64,000 nucleotides of DNA, from the IMG/VR virus record IMGVR_UViG_3300027816_000055. The stretch is one strand, 5' to 3'. The DNA is from a virus. Under the pieces are notes generated by a model. The model saw nothing but the letters and a program-made list of their open reading frames with translations, ran no database searches and was not told the origin of the DNA. Position 1 is the first letter of the stretch. Each line of letters starts with the position of its first letter. The translations under genes and the position numbers were made by a program. Positions 9,864-17,934 of the stretch are shown here, one piece after another.

Positions 9864-10573
9864 AGATTATTTTCTCTTTCTTTCATTAAATCACTATACT
9901 TCTTTTCTGGAGTATACACAGGATTTTTTTTGTAATTTTTAATCATATCAACCAATGTTTCATCGGGAACAATTGGAGTAGATGTTACATCAGTGCTGCC
10001 AAAACCACCTTCGCCACGTTGTGTTTTATCTAGTGCATCCACCAAATAAAACTCAGCATGTTCAACTTTGGTAATTTTCAATTGACAAATTTTGTCACCT
10101 TTCTTGTAGATCTTATCAAGATTAGGTTTTCCTGCAACATATTGATACAAAGGCGCACCATCATTTGCAAGTTTAGTGTTAATCAGATAATCTTCTGGTT
10201 GCCAAATATATTTGAAACGTACAAGAATTTCGCCACGATAATCCGCATCAATTAATCCAATACCATTTGCAAGTACAAGATTGTATTTGCTAACACTACT
10301 ACGAGGCATAGCCAATACATCGTAATCAATATTTAATGGACTTGATGTACCTCCAGTCCATACGTTATCTTTTTGAACAGCAATTCGAAGATTAGTTTTG
10401 TACTGAATGTAATCTATACTTTCATATACATTTTTTGATTCTCCGTGTAGTTTACCTACTATTTCAGGATCACTAGTTGCAACAATATCATAACCAGTAG
10501 ATCGTTCGGTTGCCGCGTCTGGCAACGCGGCAACATTATTATATGTTTCGTTTTTTAATACTTCAATTTTCAT
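9860..10573 (-). CDS. dut: trimeric dUTPase with internal insertion and C-terminal extension
   Basis: STGYDI, MPRSS, GLIDADYRGEI, KGDKICQ, RGEGGFGST (motifs I-V). Confidence 0.93.
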   Translation of the reverse strand: MKIEVLKNETYNNVAALPDAATERSTGYDIVATSDPEIVGKLHGESKNVYESIDYIQYKTNLRIAVQKDNVWTGGTSSPLNIDYDVLAMPRSSVSKYNLVLANGIGLIDADYRGEILVRFKYIWQPEDYLINTKLANDGAPLYQYVAGKPNLDKIYKKGDKICQLKITKVEHAEFYLVDALDKTQRGEGGFGSTDVTSTPIVPDETLVDMIKNYKKNPVYTPEKKYSDLMKERENNL

Positions 10574-10581
10574 GGATTGAT

Positions 10582-10610
10582 ATCCTATTGTATAAAAAAT
10601 ATCGTGTCAA
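10582..10610 (-). promoter_or_regulatory. sigma70-type promoter TTGACA-17-TAGGAT, 8 nt upstream of dut ATG
   Basis: Minus strand reads TTGACA cgatattttttatacaa TAGGAT atcaatcc ATG. Confidence 0.72.
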
Positions 10611-10614
10611 TTTT

Positions 10615-11619
10615 TTATTGTGCGGTCTTAAATAGAGCCGTGATGTCAGCCTCAATTTTTGATTTGTCAAACGTAGGAATCGGGACACCAATTTTATTAA
10701 ATGGTTGTTCCTGACCAATGAATCGTTCTGGCTTAAATACATTAAATGCTGGTGGTGGAGTAAAATGATTAATAGTGTAATCCATTGCTTTGATAAATTG
10801 ATTGCACATATTTTTGCTATTTAATCCACCTTCATTCATAGCCCAACGACGGCCTTCTAATCCAGCTAATTTTCTTTTTTCTGAACCGGCAAGATACCAA
10901 TACATAATTGCTTCGCCAGCATCTTCCCAAGTACAAATATCATCGAAAATATAAGGCGTTGGCGGACTGCCTTGAATTGAACGAGAAGCAGGATACACTG
11001 GTTTTGCCCAAATGCCGTGTTTCTTGTATTTACCTGTATTATTGGTTCCGAATTCAGCAGTAAATTCTACAGGATTTCCATTATCATCCAATTGACCGAT
11101 TTGATCTTGCAATCCACCTGTTACATTTACAATAACTGGTGTGCCGCACATAATGCTTTCAGAAATACTCAAACCAAAGCCTTCATTACTGCTGATAAGA
11201 ATAGTTACGTCTGCAATATTATACATTGCACACATATCCTCTGGACTCATACGACTTTCGTCAATAATTACTTTGTAGTTTGGACACAATGCCTGAATGA
11301 CGGCTGGTAGATCTGTTCCCGCATCTTGAATTGCTTCAGTGTGCAATACTAATACACATTTAGATGCTTGTTCCGGTGTTAAATTATCACAAAATGCTCT
11401 AAAAGCTAAAATAGTGTTACTTGTTTTTTTACGTTGAACATTTCTACTATTGTGAAATAAAACAAAATTATATTGGTTTTCACCAAACAACATTTTCTTT
11501 TTATCACGAATACGTTTTTCATTTTCATCTAATGGTTTGAATGTATCACTATCAATACCATGAGGTACATAATGAAGCAAATGTTTGTCTACAACTTGAT
11601 TATTTATTTTAAATGGCAT
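10615..11619 (-). CDS. GT-B glycosyltransferase (GT4-like), C-terminal half of a split gene
   Basis: HYVPHGID, HNSRNVQRKK, SSNEGFGLSISESIMCGTPVIVNVTGG. Confidence 0.85.
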   Translation of the reverse strand: MPFKINNQVVDKHLLHYVPHGIDSDTFKPLDENEKRIRDKKKMLFGENQYNFVLFHNSRNVQRKKTSNTILAFRAFCDNLTPEQASKCVLVLHTEAIQDAGTDLPAVIQALCPNYKVIIDESRMSPEDMCAMYNIADVTILISSNEGFGLSISESIMCGTPVIVNVTGGLQDQIGQLDDNGNPVEFTAEFGTNNTGKYKKHGIWAKPVYPASRSIQGSPPTPYIFDDICTWEDAGEAIMYWYLAGSEKRKLAGLEGRRWAMNEGGLNSKNMCNQFIKAMDYTINHFTPPPAFNVFKPERFIGQEQPFNKIGVPIPTFDKSKIEADITALFKTAQ

Positions 11620-11623
11620 AATA

Positions 11624-11630
11624 CTCCTTA
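11624..11630 (-). promoter_or_regulatory. Shine-Dalgarno site TAAGGAG overlapping the upstream stop codon
   Basis: Minus strand reads TAAGGAG tatt ATG; one of very few SD-like sites seen in the window. Confidence 0.7.
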
Positions 11631-12173
11631 ATATTTTATTAAATTACCGTTATTGTCATAATATCCGTCTACTGCAATACAATTTTCTGGACGCAATACC
11701 CATTTATTGATGTTGTCGGTTTGCTTACTAATAGCAAACAACGCATCGCAACTTTCATACGCCTGTTTATTCCACATTGGATATGGAAGATCGTCCCAAA
11801 TATCCAAATAAGTCAATGGAATTTTTCTACGAATTTGGTTTTCAATTGCATACAGCCAACCCCAATAACGAGGATCAGTAAAGTGCATAACGGCATCTGG
11901 TTTTTCTGCCTCCATAACAGCAAAAAGCATATTTTCATTACCATATCCATCGGTGGGATATAGTCGAACATATGCATCTTTAATTTTTAATTGATCATTG
12001 GTTGCTTGTGACAAATCTATAACTTTACCATTTTCAGGATGTTTGACCGCTCCTGCAATCTGCACCCAATTATAATGGTGTGCAGTACCCAAAATCAATT
12101 CACGACTCATAGTTGCAATACCACTATGCATGCGCAAATCATCACTCAACAATAGAATTTTCTTTTTTTGCAT
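11628..12173 (-). CDS. GT-B glycosyltransferase, N-terminal half of a split gene
   Basis: KILLLSDDLRMHSGIATM, DAVMHFTDPRYW, WDDLPYP, ISKQT. Lacks the C-terminal EGFG domain, which is in the next ORF. Confidence 0.8.
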   Translation of the reverse strand: MQKKKILLLSDDLRMHSGIATMSRELILGTAHHYNWVQIAGAVKHPENGKVIDLSQATNDQLKIKDAYVRLYPTDGYGNENMLFAVMEAEKPDAVMHFTDPRYWGWLYAIENQIRRKIPLTYLDIWDDLPYPMWNKQAYESCDALFAISKQTDNINKWVLRPENCIAVDGYYDNNGNLIKY

Positions 12174-12174
12174 A

Positions 12175-12414
12175 TTAAAGAACCTCCTTGTTAGTGGAGC
12201 CGGTAATATTTAGTACCGCAATTTGCGCCGGCTCGCTAAGTTGTGGAATGTTAAAATTGTAAATTTGAGTGCGAAATTTATCATCATTCAAATACAAATA
12301 CATGCATCTATTAACTAAATCCTGTAAATAAAACTTGTTTTTTACATTCGTGATTTTAAAAGATTCATATAACTGTTTGTCTACCTTGACGGTAGTAATA
12401 CTATTGCTTTTCAT
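12175..12414 (-). CDS. small putative DNA-binding protein (ribbon-helix-helix-like)
   Basis: TTVKVDKQLYESFK...LQDLVNRCMYLYL fits a beta-strand plus two-helix pattern. Confidence 0.4.
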   Translation of the reverse strand: MKSNSITTVKVDKQLYESFKITNVKNKFYLQDLVNRCMYLYLNDDKFRTQIYNFNIPQLSEPAQIAVLNITGSTNKEVL

Positions 12415-12438
12415 AAACGTAATACTGTATATCTACAT

Positions 12439-12454
12439 ATACGTATATACGTAT
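12439..12454. promoter_or_regulatory. perfect 16-bp palindrome ATACGTATATACGTAT, candidate operator
   Basis: Self-complementary and intergenic, about 25 nt upstream of the RHH-like gene. Confidence 0.5.
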
Positions 12455-12476
12455 TTACGAATCTATTTATTTTATT

Positions 12477-13406
12477 TTAGAGAATTTCTTGCTCAATTTT
12501 ATCTGCTTTACCATCACACGTTGATTTGTAATGGGCACAATATTTGCAATTCTTTTTTGCTTTGCCGGGTATTTTTGGATAAGTGATGTCCATATTGTAT
12601 GCGCCTTCGGGTGTAAAGCATTCCTGTACAAACTTGATAAATCCACCTAAAGCATCAGAAATAGCTGCTTGTGTATGCGTTGGAGTAAATGTTTGAATGC
12701 GGCTTTGTGGAAAAGATACATTTTCATAAAGCTTACGCTTTAAAATAAAGAACTCTACTTCAATATCACTCAGACTTACATTAAACTTTTTGCTGTAAAA
12801 AGCTTTATACAGAAGAATCTGACTGTATTTTGCTTCATCTTCTTTCATGTAATTATTCCAACCAACAGCGGCAGTCTTAAAATCGTAAATCTTATACTTG
12901 CCCGTTTCTTTATCTTTTAGCACAAGATCGATAAATGCGATAAAATTTACATTATGTAGTATTTCCATGTCCAGTGGAACTTCAACTCCTATAAATTCAT
13001 ATTTTTTACTTGGAAAGTATTTCATACGATTGGCCGTGTTTAGAATTGTTCTAATAATATTGGCACCATCGTCAATAAATTCCGCTAGTTCTTCTTCAGT
13101 GGGAACATACTTGTCTTTTTCCTTTTCCAATTCTTGGTGCAATTTATCTTTGAATAATTGAAAAACGTTCAATTCACCTGCTTCAGCTACTCCTTTGGTA
13201 TACAAAGTTTCAATATAGGTTTGAATTGCATGATGCATTGCAGTTCCAAAGAAAATGCTAAGATTGAAATCTGTTTTTCGCATTCCTTTAGCATAGTTCA
13301 AATACCAACTGTGGGGACATTTGAACCACATACTATATTGTGAAAAACTTACCTTTTTCTTTTTTACTTCAGTGATTTCTTGTGTTTGTTTTGTTTCATC
13401 AGACAT
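12477..13406 (-). CDS. PD-(D/E)XK exonuclease, Cas4/RecB-like, with probable [4Fe-4S] cysteines
   Basis: SFSQY...KCP, FGTAMH, GVEVPL, FIDLV, YDFKT, QILLY, and C-terminal CKYCAHYKSTC. Confidence 0.85.
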   Translation of the reverse strand: MSDETKQTQEITEVKKKKVSFSQYSMWFKCPHSWYLNYAKGMRKTDFNLSIFFGTAMHHAIQTYIETLYTKGVAEAGELNVFQLFKDKLHQELEKEKDKYVPTEEELAEFIDDGANIIRTILNTANRMKYFPSKKYEFIGVEVPLDMEILHNVNFIAFIDLVLKDKETGKYKIYDFKTAAVGWNNYMKEDEAKYSQILLYKAFYSKKFNVSLSDIEVEFFILKRKLYENVSFPQSRIQTFTPTHTQAAISDALGGFIKFVQECFTPEGAYNMDITYPKIPGKAKKNCKYCAHYKSTCDGKADKIEQEIL

Positions 13407-13413
13407 ATGTATA

Positions 13414-13442
13414 ACCATACAGCAGAAAACTCGCTGTGTCTA
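13414..13442 (-). promoter_or_regulatory. sigma70-type promoter TAGACA-17-TATGGT, 7 nt upstream of ATG 13406
   Basis: Minus strand reads TAGACA cagcgagttttctgctg TATGGT tatacat ATG; the spacer is an imperfect inverted repeat. Confidence 0.6.
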
Positions 13443-13448
13443 GTTATT

Positions 13449-14207
13449 ATGAAACACGCCTTTATTTTATTTTTATTGACATTTTGTTTGTCTGTTGCAG
13501 CATTGGCAGACGGAAAATTTTATGTTGTATCAAGCACAACAAGTACTTTGGACAACATTACAAATAATAAATTAACAACATCAGCATTGGTTGTAAAACA
13601 AACGTATGATTGTAAAGATGCGATTTATACAATTTCAAATACAAACAATGAGAGTATAGTAGCTTTTAGTACAGATGTAATCGTTAAATTGAATGACAAT
13701 AGTAAACTTAGTATAGATTCATTTGATCAATCATTTAACAATATAAATGAATTGCCGGATATTGCAACGTATACTACATCAAATTTAAATTTAAGCTTAT
13801 TTGGATCTGCTCAAGTGAATGTAAAATCGGAATTTACTGAAGAAAATCCAATGATTGTTTCTACTTCGATGGCAAGTATTGTAATTAAAAGTGGCAAATT
13901 TATAATTCGAAGCGAAGAAAAAAGTTTATTATTTATTGTCTTGGAAGGAGAAGCAACTGTAATGGATAGTATTAGCAAGTATACTCAGGTTGTAAAAGAA
14001 AAAAATATGTTGGTTGTGATTCCTGCACCAAAATTACAAGGCCGCACAGCGGAACATATGAAAAAACAAAATATGTTTAGCCTTAAATCATTGGATGATA
14101 CAGATAATAAAGAATTGAGTGCAGAATTGACAACATTAAATGAAATACAATCAAATATTAAATTTATCGTTGTTAACAAAGATGTAGTTGGTGTTAAAAT
14201 ACGTTGA
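13449..14207 (+). CDS. exported protein with signal peptide and FecR-like domain
   Basis: MKHAFILFLLTFCLSVAALA-DG (A-L-A cleavage site); TSMASIVIKSGKFIIR...FIVLEGEATV resembles the FecR TxxAxIxVRGTxF...VLEGxV motif. Confidence 0.6.
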   Translation: MKHAFILFLLTFCLSVAALADGKFYVVSSTTSTLDNITNNKLTTSALVVKQTYDCKDAIYTISNTNNESIVAFSTDVIVKLNDNSKLSIDSFDQSFNNINELPDIATYTTSNLNLSLFGSAQVNVKSEFTEENPMIVSTSMASIVIKSGKFIIRSEEKSLLFIVLEGEATVMDSISKYTQVVKEKNMLVVIPAPKLQGRTAEHMKKQNMFSLKSLDDTDNKELSAELTTLNEIQSNIKFIVVNKDVVGVKIR

Positions 14208-14232
14208 CTACTTTCCTTTTCTGTGGTAGTTT
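14204..14232 (+). promoter_or_regulatory. sigma70-type promoter TTGACT-17-TAGTTT with extended -10 TG, 6 nt upstream of ATG 14239
   Basis: Reads TTGACT actttccttttctgTGg TAGTTT gatagc ATG. Confidence 0.72.
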
Positions 14233-14238
14233 GATAGC

Positions 14239-14550
14239 ATGAGATTGGAAGAATTCAAGTCACTGACAGAAGACGAAATCGAAATGTTGTGGTATGCCGT
14301 CAACAAAACTACTCCACCTGTATTGGCTGGTGTGGAATTGGAGCCATCTGTATTTTGCGCCATCAAACCACATGCTATTCGATCTAGAGTGGATCAAATT
14401 GAATTGGCTGTTAAAGACGAATATAAGTCGATTTATGAGTCGTTGCGACAAAAATTAAATATGGCACCAATTGTTCCCCCGGTTCCACCCGTTTCGTCGT
14501 CTGTCGAGACCCCGAACGACACTCCCAATCCTGATTCAACGTCGGTGTAA
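14239..14550 (+). CDS. hypothetical protein with Pro-rich C-terminal tail
   Basis: Clean ORF between the promoter and polB, ending PIVPPVPPVSSSVETPNDTPNPDSTSV. Confidence 0.6.
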   Translation: MRLEEFKSLTEDEIEMLWYAVNKTTPPVLAGVELEPSVFCAIKPHAIRSRVDQIELAVKDEYKSIYESLRQKLNMAPIVPPVPPVSSSVETPNDTPNPDSTSV

Positions 14551-14559
14551 TATACAATT

Positions 14560-17091
14560 ATGTATCAAAATATATTCGTAGATAAAAAAACAAACACTGT
14601 TCATCTATGGGATGATGAAGGTGGTTATCAAAATATACCTTTTCAAAACTATGCATTTCGTAAGCGTCCCGGTGGACGTTATCGTAGTATTTATGGTGAC
14701 GAACTAGAACGAGTCACATTTTTTAATCCTAGAGATCCATCACTTTTTGGCTCGGATATTCCAATTGAAACCAAAATTTTAATTGACTTGTACGAGTCCA
14801 GTGATGATGTATCCAAAGGACATCGTATTGGTTGCATCGATATTGAAACGGACAGCGAAGGTGGGTTTCCAACCGTTGAAAAGGGCGATAAAGAAATCAC
14901 TGCAATTGCATTATATGATTATGTAGGCGGCAAATATATTGCATTTCTACTTGATAAAGACAATCGGGTAAAAACCAATTCTATTGATGGTATAGAAATT
15001 ATTTCTAGTGACAACGAATATAATCTATTGAGCAAGTTCCTAAACAAATGGAATGAACTCGGATTTACCATTGTTACAGGTTGGAATATTGATGGATTTG
15101 ATATGCCTTATCTGTATAATCGTATTACGAATGTAATGGGAAAAGAGCATTCAAAGCGATTGAGTCCCATTGATATTTGTTATATCAACGATTGGAGCAA
15201 ACGGTTGGTGATAGCGGGTATTAGTTGTTTGGATTATCTTGAATTGTTCAAGAAATATTCAGACAAGCGTGAACCTTCGTATGCACTTGATCCAATTGGC
15301 CGCAAATTTGTCGGTATTGGTAAGGTGGAATTTGAAGGAAGTCTTGATCATTTGTATAAGACTGATTTGGAAAAGTATATTCGTTACAATATCAACGACG
15401 TAAAAATTGTTGTTGAGATTGATAAACTCAAACAATATATTGAATTGGCCCGTAAAATTTGTCACACAGGTCATGTTCCATATGAAAACTTTGCATGGAG
15501 CAGTCGATACCTAGAAGGTGCAATATTGACATATTTGCGCCGTAATGGTGGTCTTATTGCTCCAAATAAACCAATGGAGGGCAAGGAAGAATATGAGCAG
15601 CGTTTGGAAGCTAACGAAGAAGGATTTGAAGGTGCATATGTGAAAGATCCAATTCCGGGTCGGTACGAATATGTATTTGACTTGGACTTGACCAGTATGT
15701 ATCCAAAAATCATGATTAGTCTCAATATTAGTCCAGAAACGAAAGTTGGTAAGATTGATAGTTGGGATGTAGAAGCGTATCTTTCCGGCAAACTTGAAAA
15801 AGTATTTATTGCGGGCAATCCATATACTATGGATGAATTTCATAAATTGTTGACTCAGCAAAACTTGAGTGTTTCGAGCAACGGTTGCTTGTACAAATTG
15901 GATAAGAAAGGTGTTATTCCATCGATTCTATCCAAGTGGTTTGATGAACGTGTTGAGATGCGTAAATTGGAAAAGAAGTATGCTAAAGAAAACAACAAAG
16001 AAATGTATCAATTTTATAATCAACGTCAGTTGGTACAAAAGATTATGTTGAACAGTGCTTATGGTGTGCTTGGATTGCCAATTTTTAGATTTTACGATAA
16101 AGACAATGCAGAAGCTGTTACGAAGAGTGGTGTAACCATTATTCAAACGGCAGGTAAAGCAATCAATCAATATTATCAGGATATTCTAAAAGATGACGGT
16201 GATTATGTCATCTACACTGATACAGACAGTTGCTTTGCAAGCGCATTGCCTATTATTGAACGAACCATGCCAGAAATTGATGTTAACAACGAAGAGTTAA
16301 TGATCAAAACAACATTGAAAATTTGTTCAGAGGTACAGACGTTTGTTAATAAAATCTTTGATGTAATGGCACAACGAGCCTTTCATTTGAAACATCATGA
16401 ATTTGAAGCAAAACAAGAAGTTATTGCCAAGAGTTCATTTTGGCTGGCTAAGAAACGTTATACACAGTTCATTATTAATAAAAATGGTGTTGAATGTGAT
16501 GAACTAGAAATCAAAGGTATCGACGTAGTTCGTACAAGTTTTCCAATTCGATTCAGAAAATTTATGAATGACTTTTTGATTGACATTCTTAAAAAGACTG
16601 ACATGAAGATCATCAATCAGAAAATTTATGAGTTTGAATTGACATTGAACGACGTGCCGATCATTGAACTTGCAAAAAACACAAGTATCAAGTTTGTAAG
16701 TATGGATAAAGGTAAAAATTATGATCCTAATAATCGTGTACCTTTTAATTTTATATTGGGTACTCCTGCTCAAGTAAAAGCTGGTCTTGCTTACAATGAT
16801 TTGCTTGAGTTTTGGAAACTTGACACTAAATATCCAAAACTGATGCATGGACAAAAAATCAAGTGGGTGTATTTAATTGAGAATGACTATGGTATTGATG
16901 CATTGGCTATGAAAGCTGACGGCACCGATCCTAAAGAAATTCTTGATTTTATTGAGAAATACATTGATCGTAAATTGATGTATCAAAAAGAACTCAAAAG
17001 CAAATTAGAAGACTTTTACAACGTATTGAAGTGGAATTATCCAGATCAATACAGCATGAACACAATGAATATTATATTTGATTGTGAGTAA
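14560..17091 (+). CDS. polB: family B DNA polymerase (T4 gp43-like) with 3'-5' exonuclease
   Basis: CIDIET, GWNIDGFD, YNINDV (Exo I-III); DLDLTSMYP, KIMLNSAYG, YTDTDS, KKRY. Confidence 0.97.
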   Translation: MYQNIFVDKKTNTVHLWDDEGGYQNIPFQNYAFRKRPGGRYRSIYGDELERVTFFNPRDPSLFGSDIPIETKILIDLYESSDDVSKGHRIGCIDIETDSEGGFPTVEKGDKEITAIALYDYVGGKYIAFLLDKDNRVKTNSIDGIEIISSDNEYNLLSKFLNKWNELGFTIVTGWNIDGFDMPYLYNRITNVMGKEHSKRLSPIDICYINDWSKRLVIAGISCLDYLELFKKYSDKREPSYALDPIGRKFVGIGKVEFEGSLDHLYKTDLEKYIRYNINDVKIVVEIDKLKQYIELARKICHTGHVPYENFAWSSRYLEGAILTYLRRNGGLIAPNKPMEGKEEYEQRLEANEEGFEGAYVKDPIPGRYEYVFDLDLTSMYPKIMISLNISPETKVGKIDSWDVEAYLSGKLEKVFIAGNPYTMDEFHKLLTQQNLSVSSNGCLYKLDKKGVIPSILSKWFDERVEMRKLEKKYAKENNKEMYQFYNQRQLVQKIMLNSAYGVLGLPIFRFYDKDNAEAVTKSGVTIIQTAGKAINQYYQDILKDDGDYVIYTDTDSCFASALPIIERTMPEIDVNNEELMIKTTLKICSEVQTFVNKIFDVMAQRAFHLKHHEFEAKQEVIAKSSFWLAKKRYTQFIINKNGVECDELEIKGIDVVRTSFPIRFRKFMNDFLIDILKKTDMKIINQKIYEFELTLNDVPIIELAKNTSIKFVSMDKGKNYDPNNRVPFNFILGTPAQVKAGLAYNDLLEFWKLDTKYPKLMHGQKIKWVYLIENDYGIDALAMKADGTDPKEILDFIEKYIDRKLMYQKELKSKLEDFYNVLKWNYPDQYSMNTMNIIFDCE

Positions 17092-17097
17092 ATAAAC

Positions 17098-17126
17098 TGG
17101 ACAACCTACAACTGCTCGGCTATAGT
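17098..17126 (+). promoter_or_regulatory. sigma70-type promoter TGGACA-17-TATAGT for the clamp/clamp-loader genes
   Basis: Reads TGGACA acctacaactgctcggc TATAGT. Confidence 0.6.
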
Positions 17127-17160
17127 GTGGCGTAACTTATAACCGAGCAGTTTTTCTTTT
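17110..17160 (+). terminator. intrinsic-terminator-like hairpin with T-tract, overlapping the promoter
   Basis: aactgctcggctata (17110-17124) pairs with tataaccgagcagtt (17138-17152) at 14 of 15 positions, followed by tttctttt and then ATG 17161. Confidence 0.65.
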
Positions 17161-17931
17161 ATGATTAAATCTACATTAGAATCGATGATTAAGAAGTATT
17201 ATCTTGCAAATTTTATGGAAACTTCAATTTGGAAGGTACTGAATGATAAAAAGCAGCTACGAATGGCAGCGTGTACTCCAAATTATGTACTGAGCGTAGT
17301 AGTTGAACTAAATAATTTTGAAGAAATTCCAACAACCGAGTTTGCAGTAAATGATACCACCAAGCTATTGAAGATGTTGAATGCACTGGATGCGGATATC
17401 AAATTGTCCGTCAAACAAGACAACAATGGCAAAATTTACAATATTGTAGTAAATTCTGGTAATATTGAGATGGAATATGTAACCGCTGATATTAATGTAT
17501 TGCGAGCAAATGAAGTGGTAAAGACCATCAAGAAGGTCAATGAACCTCCGTTTGAAGTAGAAATCGTGCTTGATAGAGACTTTATTGACACTTATATTGC
17601 TAGTACAACTGCATTGTCCGATAGCGAGAATGTAGTATTTCAAATGAACAAGGATAATAAACTTGAAATGGTATTCGGCCATATTCAAGGTGCAAACAAG
17701 TCATTAAACACTTCAAAAATTAAATATTTGCCTAAAACTGCAAATGGGAAAGATACACTTCCATCGTCACTTGGTTTTAGTTCTGAGTATTTGAAGCAAA
17801 TTTTGGTAGCAAATAAAGATGCTACCGATACAATTCTCAAATTGGGTGTTACTAAGCCTATGGCAACTGCTCAATTTACAAGCGGCGACATCATTGCAAC
17901 CTATCACGTAACCGGTCTTACTGTTAAATAA
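17161..17931 (+). CDS. DNA polymerase sliding clamp (T4 gp45-like)
   Basis: 256 aa, lies between polB and the clamp loader; EFAVNDTTKLLKML...EYVTAD pattern. Confidence 0.75.
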   Translation: MIKSTLESMIKKYYLANFMETSIWKVLNDKKQLRMAACTPNYVLSVVVELNNFEEIPTTEFAVNDTTKLLKMLNALDADIKLSVKQDNNGKIYNIVVNSGNIEMEYVTADINVLRANEVVKTIKKVNEPPFEVEIVLDRDFIDTYIASTTALSDSENVVFQMNKDNKLEMVFGHIQGANKSLNTSKIKYLPKTANGKDTLPSSLGFSSEYLKQILVANKDATDTILKLGVTKPMATAQFTSGDIIATYHVTGLTVK

Positions 17932-17934
17932 TAT

